Source: Candidatus Poribacteria bacterium (lineage in GTDB: Bacteria > Poribacteria > WGA-4E > WGA-3G). From it: a stretch of DNA of 64,000 nt. The stretch covers positions 2,592,001-2,656,000 of the forward strand of contig CAXXLX010000001.1 of NCBI GenBank assembly GCA_963665235.2. Direction: 5' to 3'. Shown piece by piece: positions 1 to 8,585 of this stretch (its first letter is position 1; the number at the start of each line of letters is the position of its first letter). The notes under the pieces are model-generated. The model ran no database searches. It was not told the DNA's origin and worked only from the letters and a program-made list of their open reading frames with translations. Made by a program: the position numbers and the translations under genes.

Positions 1-2
1 AC

Positions 3-1081
3 AAGGATGGCAACGCCTTGGCGGTCACGAAACGGAACGCCAACGTTGTTGTGAGACAATTGCTACCGACAGATATCAATAGAGATGGCAGAGTGAACGT
101 GCAAGACCTCGTCTTAGTTGCGCGCGATCTCGGGAAGACAGGTACTCTCTCGACAGATCTGAACAGTGATAACAGAGTGAACGTGCAGGACCTTGTGTTA
201 GTCGCACGCGACCTCGGGAAGACAACAAATAGTGGGGGGACCACGCCACCAGATGATGGCGGAACCACCACGCCGCCAGACGACGGCGGAACCACCACGC
301 CACCGACCACTGACCCGTATGCAGGCATGGCACTAATCCCTGCTGGCGAATTTCGGATGGGAGGCAACGATGCACAGGCCCGGAGCAATGAAAAACCGGT
401 GCATTCTGTCTATGTAGATGCATTTTACATGGATAAATATGAGGTTACCAATGCCCAATATGCAGCGTTCCTGAATGCGAAAGGCAAACACGCTGAGGGT
501 GGTATCACCTGGTATCGCATTGGTCAAGATCGTTCTCGTATTGAGCTGGCATCTGGTAAGTATCGTGCGAAAACCGGGTATGAAAATCACCCTGTGACAT
601 ACGTGAGTTGGTATGGTGCGATGGCTTATGCGGCGTGGAAGGGCAAACGTCTGCCGACAGAAGCGGAGTGGGAAAAAGCTGCACGTGGCGGTTTAGCCGG
701 TCTAAAATACCCGTGGGGTAACACCATAAATTCCACCAAGGCAAATTACAATAATCATATTAAGGATACCACTGCAGTAGGTAAGTATACTGCAAATGGT
801 TACGGTTTATTCGATATGGCAGGGAATGTGTGGGAGTGGTGCTTAGACGAGTATAACGGAGGTTTCTATTCGGTTTCGCCAGCTCGGAATCCGTTGTCGG
901 GTGCAAATAGTGTTGAATGGTTAATAAATAATTATAAAGGTGTTAAAAGTTCCCGCGTTTTGCGTGGTGGCTCCTGGAGCGGTACGGACAGGACGTGCGG
1001 GTCGCCTTTCGCGGCAGCAAGACGCCGCCGTACTCGAACGACTACTTCGGTTTTCGTTGTGCGAGGGCTGTAACCCCTTAA
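3..1081 (+). CDS. DGR target protein (5'-partial): two dockerin/EF-hand-like repeats, Thr/Pro linker, FGE-sulfatase (C-type-lectin-fold) domain; 1-nt deletion in the VR frameshifts the C-terminus
   Basis: Frame is open to the window start. TDINRDGRVNVQDLVLVARDLG occurs twice, then TTPPDDGG repeats and FGE motifs (EVTNAQY, RLPTEAEWEKAARGG, YGLFDMAGNVWEW, RVLRGGSW). The canonical GFRCA ending lies in another frame and stops at 1081; the ORF as read stops at 1073. Confidence 0.9.
947..1064 (+). repeat. DGR variable repeat (VR)
   Basis: Aligns to 1530-1648. By eye: 17 substitutions at TR adenines, one deleted TR adenine, one non-A change (AAT to AAG). Confidence 0.93.
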
Positions 1082-1103
1082 ATCTTTACGTCTTTACCTC
1101 TTA

Positions 1104-1135
1104 CGTCTCCAATCTGCTTTAGCAGATTGGAGACG
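1104..1135 (+). promoter_or_regulatory. Perfect inverted repeat downstream of VR (DGR target-recognition hairpin and/or terminator)
   Basis: CGTCTCCAATCTGCT-TT-AGCAGATTGGAGACG, about 20 bp after the target stop, where DGR hairpins usually lie. Confidence 0.8.
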
Positions 1136-1191
1136 CGGCTCAAAATTTTAAAAATACTAGTAAATAATTAATTAACATATTGTAATTATTT

Positions 1192-1659
1192 ATGGCAGCA
1201 TCAACAGTTCAAGCGGTTCCAAAACTATACGATGTAATTGTGTGGTTGATGGGGCGCGTTGAAAAATTTCCGCGTTCCCAAAAGTTCACCCTCGGTGACC
1301 GAACTGTCAACCTTGCTCTGGATACACTAGAGTTGCTTATTGAAGCTACCTATACGCGGGACCGCTTGGTTTTGCTACGTAAAGCCAATGTGCAACTGGA
1401 AAAACTGCGTTTTATGATTCGGTTATGCGATTTTTGCGCAAACCATTTTCCGGAAATCATAAAAGATATATTCAAAAAGCGTGTCGCTCTCGATGCCTTT
1501 GCGTCGGGAGTTCACGAGGTTTCAAGCCGAAGTTCCCGCGTTTTGCGTGGTGGCTCCTGGAACAATACAGAACAAAACGTGCGGGTCGCCTTTCGCAACA
1601 ACAATACGCCAACGAACACGAACAACAACAACGGTTTTCGTTGTGCGAAGACACTTTAG
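1192..1659 (+). CDS. avd: Avd (accessory variability determinant)-like four-helix protein, C-terminally truncated and reading in frame through TR
   Basis: KLYDVIVWL..KFPRSQKFTLGDR..LELLIEA..ANVQLEKLRFMIRL matches Avd-family motifs. The final EIG.MLGGW helix was not found in any frame. The ORF ends in RVLRGGSWNN..NNNNGFRCA. Confidence 0.8.
   Translation: MAASTVQAVPKLYDVIVWLMGRVEKFPRSQKFTLGDRTVNLALDTLELLIEATYTRDRLVLLRKANVQLEKLRFMIRLCDFCANHFPEIIKDIFKKRVALDAFASGVHEVSSRSSRVLRGGSWNNTEQNVRVAFRNNNTPTNTNNNNGFRCAKTL
1530..1648 (+). ncRNA. DGR template repeat (TR)
   Basis: AAC-rich (AACAATACAGAACAAAAC; AACAACAACAAC) copy of the VR, directly after avd. Confidence 0.92.
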
Positions 1660-1809
1660 AGGGTCCACCGTGACTACAAGTCACTATAAGGGGTTGCCAG
1701 AGTTGGTATGCCTCCGATGTAGGTGAGTCATATCAAGTGTGCATCAATGAAGAGTCCAAGGTTTGGGACCTGTGTTAGTCTCTTTAGAGATGAGCCGAAG
1801 ATAAAAACT

Positions 1810-1861
1810 GAGGTGTGATGGTAAGTAGGCTTCCTGCCGAATGCTATCACACCTCTTTTTT
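1810..1861 (+). terminator. Hairpin plus T-run closing the TR-downstream spacer
   Basis: GAGGTGTGAT...ATCACACCTC followed by TTTTTT. Confidence 0.6.
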
Positions 1862-1969
1862 ATGCTACTATAGGGCGGGGTTTCATGTCTCGCCTTTTCA
1901 TAATTTTTCGTTGTTTTAATTAGAAAAATTCTGTCGCGCGCGTAATAGAACGCGCACGCCCGAGGACTT

Positions 1970-3739
1970 ATGATGAACGCTGTAAAGATTGCCCCTGAGC
2001 TGCTGTTAGCCTTCCAAGACTACGTGGAGACAGCAGGCTACGAGGAGGCAGAATCAACAGATTTACCCTTAGATAATAGAACCTTGAGCCCTCAAGGCAG
2101 TGTGGTCAGGCCGGAAGCACCGCAGGTAAACGTTTTTCTACACTGTGACGAGGCAGCAGCACTTGACCATTTAGAGGAGAAAGGTATTCAAATCAATACC
2201 CGGAAAGGGTGTATCAGAACAGCCCGCTTATCCTTGGAAAATCTGGAACGCCTTTATGAGGAACCCAACCTTATGCATGTTGAGGCATCACACAAGCTGC
2301 ATCCACTGATGGACGTAGCTTTTGCCAGAGTGCAGTTTCCGGAATTTCGGAACAAAACTGATTTGACAGGTAAAGGGGTAATCATTGGTGTTGTTGACAG
2401 CGGCATTGATTCTAACCATCCCGCCTTCCAAGGACGAATTTTGCGGATCTGGGACCAAGAAATTAAACAGAAGTTGACACGTGAAAATTTCTCTCTCTCC
2501 CGGGATACCGATGGGCATGGCACGCATGTCGCCGGCATCGCAGCGGGTAACGATAATCAATACGGTGGGGTTGCTCCCGAAGCGGAATTGGTCATCGTCA
2601 AGAGTACCTTGTGGGATACAGATATCTTAGAAGGTATTCGCTATATCTTTGAATTTGCGGATGAACTCGGCAAACCGGCAGTAGTGAATCTTAGTCTTGG
2701 CGGACACCACGATCCTCACGATGGCAGTGATAGTTTGTCAAGAGAGATTGATAGGTTATCTGGTGAAGGCAAAATTGTTTGTTGTTCGGCTGGCAATGAG
2801 GGAAATTATAATATTCATGCACAAGCGCACCTTGCTCAAAGCGGGGATTCACGCAGCATGCGTTTCTTGGTGCCGGAGACTTCAGGCAGCAACGCTATTC
2901 GGAAGGTTACACTAAATGGGTGGTATTCAGTAAGGGGCCATATTGAGGTAGCTATCCAATCACCGAGTGGAGCTCGGACAGATTATCAAGGTATTCTATC
3001 CGAAAATGCCTTGGTCCCTCACGATTTGCCAGATGCCCGTATCTACACTGTCACGCCTGAAATTGATTCGACAAACCAAGACCGTTCATTCACCATTACA
3101 GTGAACGCTGGCGGCTCTGATGGAGTCGTTACGCCGGGAATATGGAAACTCTGGTTGCATGGTAGAGATGTTAGCAATACTCAAGTGGACGTGTGGGTAT
3201 TAGATGGTAAAAAGCTTCCACAGGTGGTTTTCACCGGGAGAAGTGTTTCTGACTCAATGAAGATTGGATCTCCAGGGGCAGCCCATCGGGCGGTTCCTGT
3301 CGCTTCCTACACAACTAAGGCCGAATGGCAGGATATTGATGGGAGGACATGGACGGTAGGATTGTCTCCAAACGATATTTCTGATTTCAGTAGTGAGGGG
3401 CCTTTACGTAACGGAGTCCAAAAACCGGATGTGACCGCACCGGGGGCGTATATCGCCAGTTGCCTGTCATCTGATGTGGACCAGCCGCCACGCTGGAGGC
3501 AAATAAACTCTCATTATACCATGATGGCGGGCACAAGTATGTCTGCCCCCTTTATCAGCGGTATCATCGCTCTCTTGCTCCAACACGATTCTACATTTTC
3601 ACCCGAACGCATCAAGGCCTTTTTACAAGCGAGCAGTTCCATCCTTGGAAACCGACCTGGCCGTTTCCATCCAAAATGGGGGTATGGACTGATAGATGCC
3701 GATGCACTCGCGGATGCTCTTTTCTCTCTAACTTCGTAA
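1970..3739 (+). CDS. S8 subtilase-family serine protease with N-terminal prodomain and inserted domain
   Basis: Catalytic motifs GVVDSGID, HGTHVAGIA, SAGNEG, MAGTSMSAP. Confidence 0.93.
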   Translation: MMNAVKIAPELLLAFQDYVETAGYEEAESTDLPLDNRTLSPQGSVVRPEAPQVNVFLHCDEAAALDHLEEKGIQINTRKGCIRTARLSLENLERLYEEPNLMHVEASHKLHPLMDVAFARVQFPEFRNKTDLTGKGVIIGVVDSGIDSNHPAFQGRILRIWDQEIKQKLTRENFSLSRDTDGHGTHVAGIAAGNDNQYGGVAPEAELVIVKSTLWDTDILEGIRYIFEFADELGKPAVVNLSLGGHHDPHDGSDSLSREIDRLSGEGKIVCCSAGNEGNYNIHAQAHLAQSGDSRSMRFLVPETSGSNAIRKVTLNGWYSVRGHIEVAIQSPSGARTDYQGILSENALVPHDLPDARIYTVTPEIDSTNQDRSFTITVNAGGSDGVVTPGIWKLWLHGRDVSNTQVDVWVLDGKKLPQVVFTGRSVSDSMKIGSPGAAHRAVPVASYTTKAEWQDIDGRTWTVGLSPNDISDFSSEGPLRNGVQKPDVTAPGAYIASCLSSDVDQPPRWRQINSHYTMMAGTSMSAPFISGIIALLLQHDSTFSPERIKAFLQASSSILGNRPGRFHPKWGYGLIDADALADALFSLTS

Positions 3740-3828
3740 CCGAAAAAAGTACCAATTCTCTTGAGAATATGTTATCATATAGAGTGTTTATTAAATAGCA
3801 TTTTCACTTCTGTAAAGGAGATATTTTT

Positions 3829-4104
3829 ATGAACTATCAGAAACTTGGTATTGCACTTGCTATGGCCGTTACTGACGCTGAAACATTAGATGAAGAGGGA
3901 GGCGCATTCAACGTTTTTATCCACACGACTCGTGCCCTTGGTATTAACGAGGTTACCTACCTTGAAGGATTGGGGGTTTCGTGTGAGCCTGCGGATCGAC
4001 AGGTATTTACAGCAACACTCTCGGCTGAGGCGGTTGATGAGTTGTCTAAACAGCCCTGGGTGAGTTCCCTTGAACTTTCGCAGAAACTGCAGTTGCACAG
4101 ATAA
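3829..4104 (+). CDS. Small protein resembling the prodomain of the adjacent subtilase
   Basis: SD AAGGAG. Shares the NVF.H / LE..G / TA.LS / S.KL pattern with residues ~50-112 of 1970..3739. Confidence 0.7.
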   Translation: MNYQKLGIALAMAVTDAETLDEEGGAFNVFIHTTRALGINEVTYLEGLGVSCEPADRQVFTATLSAEAVDELSKQPWVSSLELSQKLQLHR

Positions 4105-4167
4105 ATATATGAAGATAGGTTTTGTCCAGTCAGGATGAAACGCTTCCTGCTGCTGCCCGATTGTTAG

Positions 4168-4401
4168 TTGATTATCTACAAAAACATTCGCGCCCGATGG
4201 CTTATGATGAGGGGTAAACGCCTGAAAACAATTTTTGAGGCGAAGAAACGCTTCTCAACCCATTATTTGTCTGAAGAAGGTTTTGTAGGAGTCGGCATTG
4301 GTCGTCATAAAAATGCTGATGCCTTGCTGGTTTACGTAGAGAGTGTGGATTGCATCATCGCGCAGCAATTCAAAGTTAAGGTTCGGGAGATAAAGGCTTG
4401 A
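4168..4401 (+). CDS. Small hypothetical protein (FVGVGIG motif), possibly truncated
   Basis: Co-oriented after the protease pair; overlaps the 3' end of the convergent gene. Confidence 0.4.
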   Translation: MIIYKNIRARWLMMRGKRLKTIFEAKKRFSTHYLSEEGFVGVGIGRHKNADALLVYVESVDCIIAQQFKVKVREIKA

Positions 4402-6004
4402 GCGTGTTCGGGCCTGCTTCATACAGATAAGCATCCCTACCGGTAAAATATTGCGCGTATACCGCTTTCCAATCGCTGTTTGTCAATTTCCACTGGGGGG
4501 CAGGACCAAGTTTAAAGTAGACGATATCCGCCTCTTTCAGACTCTGAAACGGATAATCGCCAATCGGTGCGTCTCGGGTGCCGGGTATGAAAATAACAGC
4601 ATTGTGAATATCTGTCTCCTTAACCAGCGGAGGCAATTTCTGATATACCGAGCTCCAATTTTGATACACCTTCCCGATACGGACATAACTCCACACAGTG
4701 TTGACACTTAACAACAGCAGGCAGAGTCCAGCCACATAGACAAGCCTATTTTCCCAAATCGGTCTTTTGAGCTGTTCATAGAGAATAAACATCCCCCTGG
4801 CTACCAATGGAATGAAACCTATAAATATGGCTTCAGTGTAATAACGCGCATTGACCGGTGTAAATCCCCATGTGGAGCCTTCAAAATAGAAGAAGGCATA
4901 GAGCAACAGGCTTCCGACAATTAACGCGATAGATAGCATATCATATCTGTTTCGTGACGGGTGAAAGAGCGGGAGGAGCGCGAGGGCCCACGGTAGAAGT
5001 AGCGGCAAAAAGTCAAGGAGGAAACCGGGGGACACTTTCGGCTCTACAAGCAGGTTGGGTCGATAGTTGCCCCACCCGAGTGCGTTGAAACTGATACACG
5101 GGAGGATATGTCGCCATGTCCTTTTGACTGCCCACTCCGGCTTGAATTCAAAGGCATGTGCTATGTTTGGGTCGTAGCCTTCCATGCGTTTGCCGAACCC
5201 AATTTTATCGTAAGGTTGGGCGGCGGTATGTGTGAACGTGAAGACATCCTCCGTAAAATGATAGTTCCACGCCATACAGACAATAATCATCACTGCAAAC
5301 GGAATTAAGAAAACGCCTAACCGAGCAATTAACCGTCTTCGTAGGTCTTGTGCACCTGTCCCATCGGATTCGTCTGGCATTCGGGGTTTGTAGAGATGGT
5401 AAAGCGCGAAACCCGCACCGACAACACCAAAGACAATGGCGGAGAGCGGGCGCGTATTGAATGCGTACCCTAACGCAAATCCTGAGAGGAGCGGATAGAG
5501 GATATTGCCTGTTCCGTTTAGTGTGCGGACCAGCGTAAATAGATATAGCGTGAGGTAAAATCGGCTTACCGGTTCACTAAACCATGTCGAGCCCATACCT
5601 GCTGTCGCAGGTGAGATGAGTGCAATTATCGCAGCGATGAGCGCAATAGGTTTTCCATAGGTCTGTTTGACAAGGAGGAATAGCAGGAACAACGCGCCGC
5701 CTGTCGCAAGGGCAGGAATAAGCCACGGGGCGTTCACAAACACACCAAACATCAACATCAAGGCGTTTCCGAACGGATATTTGGAATACCATTTGTCGTT
5801 GAGAATGTTAATATGTGGCGAAGACGAGAACCCGTGTTCAGGGGGAGTAGGTATTGAGATTTTACCTTCCGCAAACAGCTTCGCCTGAAATAGATACGAT
5901 ACGGTGTCAGGCTCGAAGTAGGAGAAGCTGAGATAAATGCCGCTTAGGATTATTGAGAGCAGCACACCGAGTATAGCGATGATGAGAATAACTCTGTTTT
6001 TCAT
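4376..6004 (-). CDS. Multi-pass membrane glycosyltransferase (GT-C, ArnT/PMT-like)
   Basis: Many TM segments; PDTVSYLFQAKLFAEG, WYSKYPFG, FNTRP motifs. Confidence 0.7.
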   Translation of the reverse strand: MKNRVILIIAILGVLLSIILSGIYLSFSYFEPDTVSYLFQAKLFAEGKISIPTPPEHGFSSSPHINILNDKWYSKYPFGNALMLMFGVFVNAPWLIPALATGGALFLLFLLVKQTYGKPIALIAAIIALISPATAGMGSTWFSEPVSRFYLTLYLFTLVRTLNGTGNILYPLLSGFALGYAFNTRPLSAIVFGVVGAGFALYHLYKPRMPDESDGTGAQDLRRRLIARLGVFLIPFAVMIIVCMAWNYHFTEDVFTFTHTAAQPYDKIGFGKRMEGYDPNIAHAFEFKPEWAVKRTWRHILPCISFNALGWGNYRPNLLVEPKVSPGFLLDFLPLLLPWALALLPLFHPSRNRYDMLSIALIVGSLLLYAFFYFEGSTWGFTPVNARYYTEAIFIGFIPLVARGMFILYEQLKRPIWENRLVYVAGLCLLLLSVNTVWSYVRIGKVYQNWSSVYQKLPPLVKETDIHNAVIFIPGTRDAPIGDYPFQSLKEADIVYFKLGPAPQWKLTNSDWKAVYAQYFTGRDAYLYEAGPNTLKPLSPEP

Positions 6005-6630
6005 TTTTTATCCTGTAAGCCCCATGTCCCCTTGAGAAAAGGGGACATGGGGAAATGCGTAAACTCTAGGTATTATAACATGAGTCGCAAAAATTGTGCA
6101 TAAAAAATTAAGAATAACAGTTCCCCGCTCCTCTAACTGGCGTGAAACCCCGCTCCTTTAGTCCAGTATGGACGATATGTTTATAGAGGCACAAAACCCC
6201 ACGCCTCTTAGTCCCATCGGGACGGTATGTTTATAGGCACCTGGGTTTCTGTCCACCTCAAAAAAACTAAACCTATAATCCCAAAACTTTGATTGTTACG
6301 CATGTTAAACTCCGCGCCCTCTGCGCCCTCTGTGTAATCCGCGATTTGCGGCGTACTCGCCCAGATGCGACGTGCATTCAGACAAAAAAACACAACATCA
6401 CTTAATCACAAAACCTTGAGGCACACACCTCTTAAAATCCGCGTAATCCGATAAATCCGCGATAATCCGCGATTCAGACGAAAACACACGAAATCCATCC
6501 TTCCAATCTTCCATCCTTCCATCTATCCTTTGTACAAAAACTTTACACACCCTTCCGAATATTTGTTGTTGATTTTCTCTGCGAAATTTGCTAAAATAAC
6601 GAAAAAATTCTTTTGAGGGGAGAAATTTAA

Positions 6631-7038
6631 ATGGCGTGCATCTTTTGTGAAATTGTTGCGGGTAGGATTCCCTCTGCCACAGTGTATGAGGATAAGCATG
6701 TTTTTGCTTTTATGGATATTGCCCCTGCGAACCCGGGGCATCTTCTCATCATACCGAAGCAGCATTATAGAAATATCTTTGATATGCCTGCGGAAGTGGG
6801 CAGTAAAATTATGGAAGCAGCGGTACCGCTTGCGGGAGCGATTCGGAAAGCGTTAGACCCAGATGGACTTAACCTATTCCAGTCCAACGAAGCGGCGGCA
6901 TTTCAGACCGTTTTCCATTTTCATCTCCACCTTATCCCTCGGTGGAAAACCGACCCGTTGCGGCTGCCGTGGCAACCGAGCGAGGGGGATATAGAGGAAA
7001 TCGGTGAGATTGCGTCGAAAATTCGTGAAGTTTTATAG
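6631..7038 (+). CDS. HIT family protein
   Basis: N-terminal CIFCEI; histidine triad HFHLHLIPR. Confidence 0.92.
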   Translation: MACIFCEIVAGRIPSATVYEDKHVFAFMDIAPANPGHLLIIPKQHYRNIFDMPAEVGSKIMEAAVPLAGAIRKALDPDGLNLFQSNEAAAFQTVFHFHLHLIPRWKTDPLRLPWQPSEGDIEEIGEIASKIREVL

Positions 7039-7077
7039 ACCCCATCTAAACAGACTAAACAGATAAAGGCATCTCTT

Positions 7078-7797
7078 ATGAACGTTTTAATTACCTCGGC
7101 AGGTTCCGAATTGGCGCGCAGCTTAGCTGAGGCTGTAGCGGAATCACACACGCTCCGCCTAACGGAGCTTGAACCTGTTGATACCGAGTTTGAATTTGTG
7201 CAGAGTGCGTTGGGACATGACGAGTCAACGGACGAATTGGTGGCAGGCATGGACGCTATCGTTCATATTGCCGAAATACCGCCAAATGTTTTGGCAGCGT
7301 CGGACCAACCCGGGAATTTTGAAATTGATTATCAGACGCGTTGTACCTATAACCTGATGATGGCAGCAGCGGCAGCAGATGTGAAACATTTCATCTATGC
7401 CAGCACGCTCCGCCTGTTTGAACAGCACGGTGAGGACTGGACAGTTGGCGAGAATTGGCGACCGCGCCCCACTGTGGATAGTTTTGTGCTTGCAAAACAC
7501 CTGGGTGAGTTCACATGCAGGGAATTCGCGCGGGAGCGGAAGCTGCATGTGACGTGCCTACGGCTCGGTGTTCTTACCACAGCCGAAGCGGCAGCGGCGG
7601 AGCCGTTTAATTCCATGTGGCTTGAAATGAACGATGCCGTCACCGCTTTTCAAGGGGCATTGGAAGCCCCCTCGCGATGGGGTATCTTTCACGTCCAATC
7701 AGAGTTCCCCGGCTCCCGTTTTGCTGTTGACAACGCCAAGGGGCATCTGAAGTTCACCCCACAATTCGTACCACCTCACAAACAGGAGGCGAAATAG
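7078..7797 (+). CDS. NAD-dependent epimerase/dehydratase-fold protein with degenerate motifs
   Basis: Paralogous to the next gene, but lacks the Gly-rich loop (TSAGSELA) and the Tyr of YxxxK (FVLAK). Confidence 0.75.
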   Translation: MNVLITSAGSELARSLAEAVAESHTLRLTELEPVDTEFEFVQSALGHDESTDELVAGMDAIVHIAEIPPNVLAASDQPGNFEIDYQTRCTYNLMMAAAAADVKHFIYASTLRLFEQHGEDWTVGENWRPRPTVDSFVLAKHLGEFTCREFARERKLHVTCLRLGVLTTAEAAAAEPFNSMWLEMNDAVTAFQGALEAPSRWGIFHVQSEFPGSRFAVDNAKGHLKFTPQFVPPHKQEAK

Positions 7798-7799
7798 CG

Positions 7800-8525
7800 A
7801 TGAAAGTTCTCATTTTAGGCGGTAACGGTTACCTCGGCCCGCATGTCGTTAAGGCGTTAGAGTCGGACTATACTTTGCGCGTAACGGACATTAACGATAT
7901 TGAAACGAAGCATGAATCCATGCACATTGATGTCGGTTCACTAACACAGGTCATGCGTGCTGCGGAGGGGATGGACGCTATCATCAACTGTTCCGTGCTA
8001 CGACACGACCGGCAGTTGGCGTTTGATGTTAGTACGCGTGGATGCTATAACACAATGCGTGCCGCCGTCGAACACGGTATACGACGCGTTATTAACACCG
8101 GCCCACATTTCACGGTGCAAGGCGATGATTACACCTCTTACGATTTTGAGATTAACCCCGATGTGCCGCCACACACCAGCACGGGACTCTATCCGTTGAC
8201 GAAGGGGCTCGGGCAAGAAATCTGTAAAGTCTTCACCGAGCATTACGACATCTATGTCCTCTGTTACCTATTTCTCAGTTTCCGGGAACACGACGACGCG
8301 GCAGCGGGCAGCGACCTCAACCCATTTTCGGTCAGTTGGCGGGACGCAGGTGAGGCATTCCGGCTCGGTTTGGAAATTGACCTTGCCGAACTTCCATCGC
8401 GCTGTGAGGTTTTCAATATTTTCGCTGACCTACCGCATCAGCAGTTCTCAAATGTCAAAACGAAACGAATTTTAGGATTTCAACCGCAGGATAACTTTGA
8501 GCGGATGTGGCACAAGAAGAGGTAA
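7800..8525 (+). CDS. NAD-dependent epimerase/dehydratase
   Basis: ILGGNGYLG Rossmann motif; YPLTK. Confidence 0.85.
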   Translation: MKVLILGGNGYLGPHVVKALESDYTLRVTDINDIETKHESMHIDVGSLTQVMRAAEGMDAIINCSVLRHDRQLAFDVSTRGCYNTMRAAVEHGIRRVINTGPHFTVQGDDYTSYDFEINPDVPPHTSTGLYPLTKGLGQEICKVFTEHYDIYVLCYLFLSFREHDDAAAGSDLNPFSVSWRDAGEAFRLGLEIDLAELPSRCEVFNIFADLPHQQFSNVKTKRILGFQPQDNFERMWHKKR

Positions 8526-8585
8526 TTGTCTATCAATATCTTTGCCAAAAAACTAGTTGTCGATCACATTTGACCTCGAGCTCCT

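Noticed and set aside
1660-1969. Possible RT remnant after TR
   Set aside because: No ORF or RT motif recognisable; ATG CTA CTA TAG closes immediately.
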